Below are positions 1-9,830 of a stretch of DNA of 64,000 bases, one piece after another. The notes below the pieces were generated by a model. That model saw only the letters and a program-made list of their open reading frames with translations. It made no database searches and was not told the origin of the DNA. The position numbers and the translations under genes were made by a program. Where the stretch lies: assembly GCA_965219415.1 (NCBI GenBank), contig CBDCNP010000002.1:2400001-2464000 (forward strand), in the 5' to 3' direction. Within the stretch, counting starts at the first letter, position 1. Each line of letters begins with the position of its first letter. Origin of the DNA: Candidatus Marinacidobacterales bacterium. Lineage in GTDB: Bacteria; Acidobacteriota; Vicinamibacteria; Marinacidobacterales; DATDRI01.

Positions 1-44
1 CCAGACTACCGAAGTGCTTCTTGAACGACTCGTCGACCGAGGAG

Positions 45-1880
45 TTAGTCTCTCTCCCCCAGGGCGCGATCAAGATTGAACGCCGCACTGATCAACCCGA
101 GATGCGTGAACGCCTGCGGGAAGTTCCCCAAGGCCTCGCCACTGAATCCCGTCTGCTCGGCGTAAAGTCCCACGTGGTTGGCGTAACCGAGCATCTCTTC
201 GAAGATGACCCGTGCACGCTCGAGCCGGGTGCGATCCGAGCGACCGGCGCGGGTGAGCGCCTCGACTAACCAGAAGGTGCAGATATTAAACGTTCCTTCC
301 TCGCCTTTGAGCCCATCGGCGGTCTCCTCCACGTTGTAACGATAGACCAGGCTGTTGGAGAGGAGTCCGCCTTTGTGTGGAGGCTCCATCGTGGCGTCGA
401 TGGTGCGAAGCATCCGCGGATCAGTGGGTGAGACAAAGAACACCAGCGGCATCATTAGATTGGCCGCATCCAAGGCATCGCTATTGTAGTGCTGAACGAA
501 AGCATTGCGTTTCTGGTTCCAGCCCTTGGCCATGATCTCCTCATAGATCCGATCACGCACGTCGTTCCAGCGCTTGCGGTCTGCGGGAAACGAGCGCTTA
601 TCGGCCAGTCTCAAGGCGCGATCGACCGCCACCCAACACATGAGCTTGGAATAAACAAAGTGCTGCTGCCCCCCGCGCACCTCCCAGATGCCCTCATCCT
701 TTCGTTGCCAGTTGTCGCACACCCAGTCGATGAGCCGGCGGAGGTGGAGCCAGAGATCATAGGAGATCGGCTGCCCGTATTTGTTGTACAGGTACACCGA
801 ATCCATGAGCTCACCATAGATGTCGAGTTGCATCTGGTCATAGGCGCCATTGCCAATGCGCACCGGACGTGAGCCCTTATAGCCATCCAGGTGATCGAGA
901 ACCTCCTCCGTGAGCTTTCGCTCTCCGCCGATGCCATACATGATCTGTAGCAACCCGTCTTCAGGGAGCTCATGGCAGATCTTCTCGAGCGCATCCATGA
1001 AGTGGGCCGCCTCTTGCGTGAAACCGATGCGCATCAGCGCGTAGAGTGTAAACGCGGCGTCGCGCACCCAGGTATAACGGTAGTCCCAGTTGCGCTCCCC
1101 GCCGATGCCTTCGGGGAGGCTCGCGGTGGGAGCGGCGACGATGGTGCCGGTGGGTTCGTAGGTCATCAGTTTCAACGCCAGCGCCGAGCGGTGTACCATC
1201 TCGCGCCAGCGGCCCCGGTAAGTGCATTGTGCGAGCCAATGGCGCCAGTAGTCCACAGTCTTCTGGGCCAGCCCTAACGCCTCGTCTTCGGTCAACAACC
1301 CCTTGTGGCCAGTGCCCGGATCGACGCGCCCGAGCACAAATATTGCTGCTTGGCCCTCATTGAGAGTGAACTCCGCGGTGACCCCGTTCCGCTGTTTCTT
1401 TAGCTTTCGGCGTGTGCCAAGCCCCAGGGTCAGACTGGGTGATTTGAAAACCGCGCCCGTTTCTGCGAGCTCGGTCGTGTGTTCATCGCGCGCGTAATTG
1501 AATGCAGGAAAACACTCCATTCGAAAGGCCATCGTGCCGCGCATACAACGCGCGGTGCGCACGAGTTGATGGCGGTCCTGCCCGTCACGAGGCAGGCCAA
1601 CGGGCATGAAATCCACCACTTGGCCCACTCCATCCGGGCATAAGAATCGGCTCACAAGCACGTTGGAGTCTGGCCAGTAGAACTGTTTGTGCGTAGCCCC
1701 GTCGGCGACTGCGGTGATCTTGAAGTGGCCGCCTTTCTGGTCATCGAGAATGGCAGCGAAGACGCTGGGGGAATCGAAGCGCGGGAAGCAGAACCAGTCG
1801 ACCGAGCCATTCATTCCGATGAGTGCCACGGTGTTCAGATCGCCGACGATGCCGTAATCTTCTATGGGTTGGTAGGCCAT
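45..1880 (-). CDS. Glycoside hydrolase family 15 protein (glucoamylase/trehalase-like)
   Basis: 611 aa with GH15 motifs: N-terminal IEDYGIVGD...[53 protein letters not shown] and C-terminal [13 protein letters not shown]. Confidence 0.92.
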   Translation of the reverse strand: MAYQPIEDYGIVGDLNTVALIGMNGSVDWFCFPRFDSPSVFAAILDDQKGGHFKITAVADGATHKQFYWPDSNVLVSRFLCPDGVGQVVDFMPVGLPRDGQDRHQLVRTARCMRGTMAFRMECFPAFNYARDEHTTELAETGAVFKSPSLTLGLGTRRKLKKQRNGVTAEFTLNEGQAAIFVLGRVDPGTGHKGLLTEDEALGLAQKTVDYWRHWLAQCTYRGRWREMVHRSALALKLMTYEPTGTIVAAPTASLPEGIGGERNWDYRYTWVRDAAFTLYALMRIGFTQEAAHFMDALEKICHELPEDGLLQIMYGIGGERKLTEEVLDHLDGYKGSRPVRIGNGAYDQMQLDIYGELMDSVYLYNKYGQPISYDLWLHLRRLIDWVCDNWQRKDEGIWEVRGGQQHFVYSKLMCWVAVDRALRLADKRSFPADRKRWNDVRDRIYEEIMAKGWNQKRNAFVQHYNSDALDAANLMMPLVFFVSPTDPRMLRTIDATMEPPHKGGLLSNSLVYRYNVEETADGLKGEEGTFNICTFWLVEALTRAGRSDRTRLERARVIFEEMLGYANHVGLYAEQTGFSGEALGNFPQAFTHLGLISAAFNLDRALGERD

Positions 1881-2113
1881 GGTGCGACTCCCTTACGTGC
1901 GCCGGTGGAAGGCTTTCGTTGTATCAGATCGGGGCACGAACCCGGTAGCCAACGGCGCCAGGCGTCATTTCGAAAAACATTCATTGCCGGTGCTAACGTC
2001 GAGAAATTGCCGGCGTCGAAAAAAGGGAATCGTACCACACCGCGAGAGTTGCGTCCGCAATCTCGACTACGACTCCCGTGACCCAGCCGGGTCCTATTTC
2101 GGAAACAGGAAGT

Positions 2114-2370
2114 TCAGCTGAAAGCGCCACTCGAGACCGGCTGGATATTCATGACCCAAGCCGTCGGTCGTTTTCGCCGATGTCGAAGAAGGTGTTCGGC
2201 TGAAGCGGAAGGCTGATCAGATTGGCGACTGGGTTCTGGGACTGCATAGCGAGGTCCGACTCTCCGTCCTGCGGCGCCTCTTGTGCAAGGACAATCGCAC
2301 ACGGCGCTAGCATCCACATCAGCAAGCAGACTGCGGTTCCCTTGATGCGGCTGACGCGATGGATCCTCAA
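2114..2370 (-). pseudogene. Truncated, frameshifted secreted or outer-membrane protein remnant
   Basis: Signal peptide followed by QNPVANLISLPLQ. The next conserved-looking block (VMNIQPV) is in another frame and then stops. The start overlaps the sulfatase stop (ATGA). Confidence 0.55.
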
Positions 2371-4414
2371 GATTCACCCGTGACAGGGACAGGGCCCACC
2401 TCGAAGTCATTCAAATCGGAGTCCGGGGTCGGCCCCTTGGTACCGGGCAGGATCTCGAAGCCAAGCTCAAAGCGCACCATGGTCGAGGCCAGCTGCTGCA
2501 GGACGCTGAGATCACCCTCGGCCTGCGCGTCTCCATCGGCGATCTGGTCTGCTAGTGACTTCACGCCCGCCATGACTTGTCCCAGACCCAGGCGAGTGAT
2601 GGTGAGCGTGAGGTCCGCGTCCTCTGCCTGGTAGCCTTCGATGTTGGTCAGCGTGGAGTTGCTTAGCTCGATGACGAACTGTTCACCGTTGTCCGGCGTG
2701 ACCAGGTTGATGGTGAACTGCATACCCTCTGCTTTGCGGCTGTCCATCAGGATTCCCAGGAAATCGAGGAATAGTTCGGTGGTCATGGCCCGTAAGATGT
2801 CCGGGGTCAGCCCATCCGGAGTCGCGCCCTCGGGGATGCCCGAGCGCAGCTCGTAGGCCCCGGCGAGGAAGCTGTTGCGCAGACCCAGGTTTTCCTCTGC
2901 TCGAAGACATCCGCCAACAGGTCCTTGGCCGGCTGGTTTTGCGGCTCGGCGAATACCAGTTTGTTCAGGATCTCCGTGGCTTCGAGGTACTTGCCCTGAT
3001 CGTGCAGCTCCCGCCCTTTGGCCATGATCTTGTCGGCACCACCCATCATTTCCACATACAGCGGCGCGGAGTCTCGCAGCGACAGTGGAATCAGCGTGGC
3101 AGGGTTGACGTCCCAGTAGCCCAGGTAGCGGTTGATCACGCCGCGGCTGTTGTGCTCCGGCGAGCCGTGATAGCCGCGGTTATACCACTGGTCGGAAATA
3201 CTCTTGGGCGTCTCGTAGACATTGTGAATTTCATTGATCGTCACCCCCTGGTTCGCGAAGTGCAGCACCTGGTTGTTCATGTTGGCATACAGATCTCGCT
3301 GCCCTTTCAGGACTTCCTGGATCCGTTCGTTACCCCAGCGCGGCCAGTGGTGTGAGGCGAACATCACCTCGGCTTCCATGCCGTATTCGTACAGCGCCTC
3401 ATTGATGTACTTCGACCAGGCCAGCGCGTCACGCACCGGCGTACCGCGCAGCGTGTAGATGTTGTGGAACACGCCCGTCACGTTCTCGGCCATCCACAGC
3501 GCCTTCATGTCGGGTAACCACGTGTTCATCTCGGCGGGTGCCTCGGTGTTGGGCGTGTTCTGGAAGACCATCTTCACGCCATCGACGCTAAGCTCCTCGA
3601 CGTCGTTCTCGATGATGCGAGTCGGTGGGATCAGGCCGGTGTGGCCGGCAGCGGTACTCTGTGACAGCCCCTGCCCCGACGTAGCCATAGGGCTCGCCGG
3701 CAAAAGCACGCCGTACTGGTAGAACAGGCGGCGATTCATGGCGTTGCCGGCGTAGACATTCTCTGCGATGGCGTGTTCCATGAAATCGCGGGGCGCGATG
3801 ATTTCGACTTTGCCCGCGCGAACGTCGGCCTCATCGACGATGCCGCGAATGCCCGCCCAGTGGTCCCCGTGGTTGTGGGAGTAGATCACCGCCACGACCG
3901 GCAGCTCGCCCAGGTGCTCGTCGACGAGCTCCTTGGCCGCCCGGGCCGACTCCGAAGCCTCCGTGGGATCGAATACGATCCACCCGGTATCACCCTTGAG
4001 GAAAGTGATGTTGGCGAGGGCGAAGCCACGCACCTGGTAGATGCCGGGGATCACCTCGTAGAGGCCATAGTTCATGTTGAGAAGGGACTGGCGCACCAGC
4101 GATGGATGAATACTCTCGAACTCATCGCCCTCCAGCAAAAAGCCGAAGCGTTCCATGTCCCAGGCCACGTGGCCGGCATCCGCCATGATCTTCTTGGAAT
4201 CCGGGGCCGCGATGAACCCCTTCTTCTGCTCCTCGAAGTCCCGCGTGTCGGCGAAGGGCAGCGTGGTTCGCGCCTGTTCGAGCACCTCGATCGTGTGCTC
4301 CGAGGGCGGCTTGCCCTTGGGATGAAAGGGTTTGTCCTGAGACTCGGCCGGAGAGCAAAGGGCCACCGTTAGGCCCGCAACAGCAATCACTCGTCCAAAG
4401 AAGACGTGGGGCAT
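2367..4414 (-). pseudogene. Alkyl/aryl-sulfatase (SdsA/BDS1-type metallo-beta-lactamase fold), frameshifted
   Basis: Signal peptide, SHNHGDH metal motif, YTLRG, SHHWP and RGYHGS. The frame breaks at about 2898 after DVFEQ and resumes as ENLGLRNSFLAGAYELRSG into the SCP2-like C-terminal ORF 2367-2786. Confidence 0.85.
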
Positions 4415-4468
4415 TTCAATTACCTCCTAATTTCCGCTTGGGCGGTCGCGGGATCATAAGGGCCTCCT

Positions 4469-4508
4469 GAACGAAAAGGAAACCCGTAAAATTACGGGTT
4501 TTCGTTCT
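4469..4508. terminator. Inverted repeat, terminator-like or an operator
   Basis: GAACGAAAA..AAACCCGTAA-AA-TTACGGGTTTTCGTTC, lying downstream of the HAD gene and upstream of the sulfatase. Confidence 0.4.
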
Positions 4509-4539
4509 GGGAAACTACCTAGGTGATACGCGAGGGCTG

Positions 4540-5238
4540 CTAGGGAGAAGAGCCGCCGCTGGCGATGGCTGGGAGCTCATCGAGCCGGGAGATCTCATGG
4601 TTGACTCCGGCATCGGGGTCGGCGGTCTTGCCGTGCGGGTTGTACCAGCAGGTAGCGATGCCGTAATCCGCTCCACCGCGGATGTCTGAGCTGAGGCTGT
4701 CGCCGACCATGAGTGCCGCGTCCTTCGTCGGGGAACCGAGGGCTCGGAACGTCGCGTCGAAAATCTTGCCGTTCGGCTTCGATGCACCGATCTCGGCTGA
4801 GATCACAATGGCCTCGAAGTATTGCTCAAAATCGAGGCGCTCGATTCGGGCACGCTGCACCCCGCTCAGTCCGTTGGTGATCAAGGCCAATGTCGCTTGG
4901 CCTGCGAGCTGTTCGAGTACATCGCGGGCCCCGGGGTAGAGGTCGCCCTTGGCACCGAGGTCTACTTCAAATCGTTGGGACATGCGCTCGGGATTCGCAT
5001 CGAATCCGATCTCGGTGATCAGGCGCTCGAACCGAGTGACCCGCACATCGTCCGGAGTGATCTCACCACGCTCCACGGAGGACCACAGCGGCTTGTTGAT
5101 TCCAACGTAGGTCTTGTGGTGCCGAAGCGGTTCATCGACCCCCACCGCTCGGAGGGTTTCCTCGAAGGCTGCAAGTTCGCAAGTATCGGAATCGAACAAG
5201 GTGTGGTCTAGATCGAAGAGCAGGGTCGTATAGCGCCT
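4540..5238 (-). CDS. HAD-family hydrolase (YjjG-like nucleotidase); start codon apparently lost
   Basis: In-frame RYTTLLFDLDHTLFD (HAD motif I) lies upstream of the listed ORF, with ITNG, SKP and MVGDSLSSDIRGG downstream. The expected ATG position reads AGG (5236-5238). Confidence 0.8.
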   Translation of the reverse strand, partial: RRYTTLLFDLDHTLFDSDTCELAAFEETLRAVGVDEPLRHHKTYVGINKPLWSSVERGEITPDDVRVTRFERLITEIGFDANPERMSQRFEVDLGAKGDLYPGARDVLEQLAGQATLALITNGLSGVQRARIERLDFEQYFEAIVISAEIGASKPNGKIFDATFRALGSPTKDAALMVGDSLSSDIRGGADYGIATCWYNPHGKTADPDAGVNHEISRLDELPAIASGGSSP

Positions 5239-5292
5239 ACCTGAGCCGACGCGGGCAGTAGCCTAAGGCGCCCCGCATCTCCCGGTGGCGGG

Positions 5293-6719
5293 ATGATATC
5301 ACTCGCGATAGAGTCGCCGACGATGTGGGCCTTGTTCGTGATCCTCCTGGGCGTCGCGGAGGACTGGCCGCAGTTCCGCGGAGTCAACGCGGCCGGCGTG
5401 GCGGATGAGACGGGCCTTCCCGTGCAATTCGGTCCGAGCTCGAATGTCGCCTGGAAGACACCGATACCCATGGGGCTGTCTTCACCTTCGATCTCGGGCC
5501 GGCGTATTTTCCTGACAGGCGTCGAGGATGAGAGGCTCTTCACCTTTGCTCTCGACCGGGAAACAGGACGCGTTTTGTGGCGGCGCGAAGCGCCGCGCCC
5601 ACGGTTGCAGGAGCTCCAGGAGCAAAACCACCCCGCATCTCCACGCCGGCCACGGATGGGAAGAGCGTTTACGTTTTCCTTGCCGACTTCGGATTGCTCT
5701 CGTATGGGCCGGATGGCAACGAGCTGTGGCGCCTGCCGCTGGGGCCGTTCAACAATCCTTTCTGCCACGGGTCCTCTCCGATCCTCGTGGGGGATCTGGT
5801 GCTCCAGGTTTGCGACCAGGACGATGGGTCGTTTTTCATCGCCGTCGACAAAGCGACCGGCCGGGTTGTCTGGAGGGCACCGCGCGCCCTCGCGCAGCGA
5901 GGCTACGCCACACCTGTAGTCTACCAGCCTCCCGAGGGAGGGCTTCAGGTGCTCGTGATTGGCTCCTACCAGTTGAATGCCTACGACGTCGTGACCGGGA
6001 AGCTGGTGTGGTGGATCCGCGGTTTTCCCTGGCAGATCAAGCCGACACCGATTCTGACGGGCGATGCGGTCTACCTCGTGACGCGCGCGGGCGAGTCGGA
6101 TCCCGGCGAGCAGGAGGTCGTCCCCCCTTTCCCGAAGGCCCTCGAGCAGCTGGACGACGACGGCGACGGAAAGCTATCCAAAGAAGAGATCGTCGATGAG
6201 AGAGCGATACGCCGCTTCGACGAGTACCTGGATCTGGACGATTCGGGATTTCTCGAAGAGCGCGACTGGGACCAGTTCCGCATGCGGCGCGAGGGTATGA
6301 ACGCGCTCTGGGCGTACCGTCTCGGTGGCGAAGGCGACATGACGGAGCGGAACTTCATGTGGAAGAACTCGAGCTCGCTCCCCAATGTTCCCTCGCCGCT
6401 TTTTTATCGCGGAGTCCTCTATACCTTGAAGGAAGGTGGCATCCTGACGTCTTTCGATCCTGAGACCGGGGAGATCCTGAAACGAGCAAGGCTCCGTGGT
6501 GCTCTCGGAGCCTACTACGCGTCGCCCGTGGCCTCCGACGGAAAAATCTATGCGGTCAGCGAAGAAGGCAAAGTGGCCGTCATCCGCGCCGGAGCGCAGT
6601 GGGAGCCACTCGCCGTGAACGCAATGGATGAGGGCTCCAAGTCCACACCCGCCATCGTCGACGAAAAACTCTACATTCGAACCTACGACGCCCTATACAG
6701 CTTCGCGCGGAAGAACTGA
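5293..6719 (+). pseudogene. PQQ-like beta-propeller (BamB-like) protein with EF-hand-like insert, single frameshift
   Basis: Signal peptide plus EDWPQFRG and repeated SSP/TP..W propeller blades. HPASP|TPATDG is split by a 1-nt loss at about 5642. DDDGDGKLSKEE and DLDDSGFLEERD loops are present. Confidence 0.8.
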
Positions 6720-6780
6720 ACGACGGTGAGGCTTGTGCACCGGGCGCGGTCGAGAAGATCGGCTACGACGTAGATTCTTT

Positions 6781-8166
6781 GGGTCTACGCGGATTCGTGT
6801 GGGTTGAAAACTGCATTTCTGGGTAATGGCGGAAGGAAAGCCGCCACGATCTTCAGCTTGAGATATTCCTCGTCGCGATAGCCGTAGGCGCGTCGTTGCA
6901 GAACACGGATTTTGTTGTTGACCCCTTCAACTAGGCCGAGACTGACTTTGTTCTCCGGATGACAGTAGGAGGCGATACCATCCCAATGGGACTCAATCAT
7001 ACCGGCGAACTTCTGGTACGGATGCAGGCGTTGCCATTTGAGGCTGTCTTTCCAACGGGTGAAAAAGGCGCGAGCGCCGCGTTCGGTGCGGTAATCCCAG
7101 AGTTGCCCGAAGGCCTCCTTCAAAATATAGGCGGTGTTCAGGCGCCGGTTGGCCTGGAGCAACTTTTTGAGTGCGCGGCGACCGTCTAGGCTCAGGTTCT
7201 CCCGCCGGGAAAGCAAAGTGTAACGCTGCCCCTTGATGTACGACCGGTCCTTGCCGCTGAGGCGTTTGTACTCACCGCGCCGGACCTCATCGAGGGCCTT
7301 TGACAGATGACGCATGATATGAAACTTGTCGAAGATGATCCGCGCATTAGGCGCGTTGTGAATCACCGAGTTCCGGAAGGGCTTCCACATATCCATGGCG
7401 GCCAGCTTGATACGGGCGCTTTTCTTTCCGCCCGGCGCCTTGAAGAACAAATCGATGTCGGTTTCTTTGCGACCCTCACCGCCCACCCAGATGGGACGCG
7501 CCCGCTCCAGGTCGCTGACAATGACGCGATAGTTATGTCCCTTGCGGATGGAGATCTCATCGACACCGATGGCCCGAGGCGCCGGTAGCCCCGCCCGGTT
7601 CGACCTACTCTTGCATGTAGAGCGTATCCAGAGCCTTCACCGTACCGTGGTGCAGACGTTCCATCTCGGCCACCGCCTTGTTCGGCATATCCCGGCACAG
7701 CTTGCCCACATGGCGTCGCAAAACGCTGGGTGTAGCGCGAGTTGTTCGCCAGCCAGTCTAGGTGTTCTACATGCACACCGCCGCACCCAGAACAGTTGAC
7801 GCGCCGACGCTCGTATTCCAGATAGATCCGCCAGCCAGCCAACGACAGGTCGCGGACCCGGCACACTTGCTTGTCATAGCGCCCCCGGCACCGTTGCCCA
7901 CAGTAAGAGCACACAGCTGTTTTTTTCGCCTCTTGAGCTGGATGACGCGGGCGTATCGGTCACCGAATAGACCCTTCAATCCGGCACCAACCACGAAACC
8001 TGGCAGCGCAAACAGCGAGCGGATCGACTGGGAATTTTTCACTCGGTTAGCCTATCCTAAAAATGGACCACTTTTCAGCACCTGATGAAGTACTCGATAC
8101 CTTTTCCACACAATGAGTTACACTGTTTTTCCGTCAGAACTTACCCACACGAATCCGCGTAAACCC
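6781..8166 (-). mobile_element. ISL3-family insertion sequence with degenerate transposase
   Basis: 24-bp IRs (GGGTCTACGCGGATTCGTGTGGGT at 6781-6804 vs 8143-8166, 1 mismatch) and 8-bp TSD GATTCTTT (6773-6780, 8167-8174). Transposase motifs CxxC..RDL, GVDE, MDMW, FDKFH and EGVNNKIR are spread over several frames with an internal stop. Confidence 0.93.
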
Positions 8167-8705
8167 GATTCTTTCAACGCCCTCCGAATTTCATCCACGT
8201 CGCTCGCTACGAGTGCCGGAGAAAAATGCTTCAACCGCGCGAGGACGTCGCTCGTACCGAAATAGTCTTCGGCGCACTTCGTGTGTATGAAGCCCGACGG
8301 CTCGAAGCGACCCACCTCCTCGTCGTAGTACACAACCGAGATGCGCCAGGCGCCTTTCTTGATCGCCTCCCGGCAACTTCGACAGCGCGCCTGGCCGGTG
8401 GGGGCGCGGTCCGCTCCGTTGAGACGGGGGAGACGCCGGAACTCCAAGCTTCGCTTTGCTTCGGTCTCGAGCCACTCGGCGTTTTCGATGGTTTCGGGCG
8501 TGCTCCGCGCCGCTTCCAGATAGGGCTCGGGTCGTTTGTACGCCCCACAGACGAGATGAAACCAGAGCGTGAGCTCACCCTTGCCATAGGGGTTCGGCAG
8601 GCGGGCGCCGAGCCTTAGCTCGTCCTTGGCGATTTTCTCGCCGCACCCGCGACAGTTGGCCCGGCCGCTCGCCGCGGGCTTGATGGTGTGAACGATTTCA
8701 GCCAA
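8118..8705 (-). CDS. Tandem PARP-type zinc-finger protein
   Basis: Two repeats of A-x-S/T-G-R/Q-A-x-C-x2-C...I-x-K...R...H-x2-C (CRGC..WFHLVC and CRSC..FIHTKC). The C-terminus is altered by the ISL3 insertion. Confidence 0.8.
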   Translation of the reverse strand: MAEIVHTIKPAASGRANCRGCGEKIAKDELRLGARLPNPYGKGELTLWFHLVCGAYKRPEPYLEAARSTPETIENAEWLETEAKRSLEFRRLPRLNGADRAPTGQARCRSCREAIKKGAWRISVVYYDEEVGRFEPSGFIHTKCAEDYFGTSDVLARLKHFSPALVASDVDEIRRALKESGLRGFVWVSSDGKTV

Positions 8706-8896
8706 GGTATGCCTTGCTTCTCGAAGCCGACCACGTCGAGGTCGGCAATCAGTATATCGCCGTCCGCCTCGGCCAACTCAAGGGAACCCGAGCTCGGTGC
8801 TGTGCCAACAGCCGGGTATCCTCATTTAGACAGAAGATCGTGAAGGCACTCCTAAAGGAAGGCAGCGGGCAAGGCGACCGAGGGAACGAGAGTCGA

Positions 8897-9151
8897 TCAA
8901 GTCCAGAAGTGCCGCTTCGCGAATGCCCTCCCCGAGCCGGACTTGAGACAGCGCTCGAATTCTAGCGCTCGCGCTTCATCCTCGAACCAAACGGCCGCTC
9001 TGAGCCGCCAGTTTCGATGTTTGCTCGTATGAGGCGACTTCCCAGAGTTGTGGTCAGTGAGTCGCTGTTTCAAGTTCGATGTGACACCGATGTATCGCTC
9101 CAAAGGGTCTGTAGCCCGTCGAAGCAAGTAGACGGTTTGCTTTGATCTCAT
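8897..9151 (-). CDS. Small stand-alone GIY-YIG nuclease
   Basis: MRSKQTVYLL..RYIGVTSNLKQRLTDHNSGKSPHTSKHRNW..ALEFERCLKSGSGRAFAKRH. The Tyr/Arg/His/Glu pattern is intact; ATG at 9151. Confidence 0.88.
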   Translation of the reverse strand: MRSKQTVYLLRRATDPLERYIGVTSNLKQRLTDHNSGKSPHTSKHRNWRLRAAVWFEDEARALEFERCLKSGSGRAFAKRHFWT

Positions 9152-9175
9152 AGACAGGGAGACGAGATTCGCAGT

Positions 9176-9294
9176 GAAGGCCCGCCTTCGTCGGCGCACT
9201 TGATGTGACTTCGGCGCGCAACCTTCGCCCTTTTGTAGAACGTTGGCTTGCCAACCGAAGCCCAACCGGCTTATCAGTGGGCGGGCGAAGGTTG
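9176..9294. repeat. REP-like palindromic element abutting the tmRNA 3' end
   Basis: Perfect 12-bp IR CAACCTTCGCCC (9219-9230) / GGGCGAAGGTTG (9283-9294), with CCTTCG/CGAAGG and GGCTTGCC..CCGAAGC motifs shared with other loci. Confidence 0.7.
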
Positions 9295-9640
9295 GTGGAG
9301 GCGGCGGGAGTCGAACCCGCGTCCGAAGACCTTCACCCGTTGCTTCTACATGCTTGTCTGGTTCCGATTTTTTCGCTCTCGCCGGTTAGGAACCGGCAAG
9401 GACCCGACGAAAGCTATCCCCTAAATCTCGCCGATTACCCGGGGAGTGGCAATGCGGCCAGCCTGCTCTGATGACGCCCTTTCCAAACCACGCAGGCGAG
9501 GCCTGGGAGGACGTAGCCTTAAGCGGCTAGTGCTAACTCGTGGTCAGCAGTTGTGTTTTTATCCCACCTTTTTTACGAGTAGATGGCTCTCGGCATGCAG
9601 CAGCGGGATCAATTATCCCCGTCGAATCCGGTGCGCCCCC
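9293..9640 (-). ncRNA. ssrA: tmRNA (transfer-messenger RNA), tag peptide (A)ADHELALAA
   Basis: 5' GGGGGCGCACCGGATTCGACGGG and 3' GGGTTCGACTCCCGCCGCCTCCACCA, with a G3:U acceptor stem. The tag ORF at 9548-9519 ends ALAA-TAA. Confidence 0.96.
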
Positions 9641-9663
9641 AAGTTGGACCTCTTCTAGCCAAA

Positions 9664-9692
9664 ATTGTACATTTGACTAGGGTTTGTAGCAA
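9664..9692 (-). promoter_or_regulatory. sigma70-type promoter of ssrA
   Basis: TTGCTA-17 bp-TACAAT, about 25 nt upstream of the mature 5' end. Confidence 0.6.
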
Positions 9693-9830
9693 CTCCGACC
9701 GCCCTCCGTGCCAACATGCTTGAGACACTTCGCCCCTTGAAATTAGTGTGGAAGGCGGAGGAGGATCATGAATGAGTCTGTTGACTGAACCTCTCCGCGA
9801 AGCTCATTGGCCCAAGTGGAAAGCAGAGAA

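Noticed and set aside
9293-9330. Classical integrase-driven genomic island at the tmRNA 3' end
   Set aside because: No tyrosine or serine integrase and no duplicated ssrA 3' end was seen in the window.
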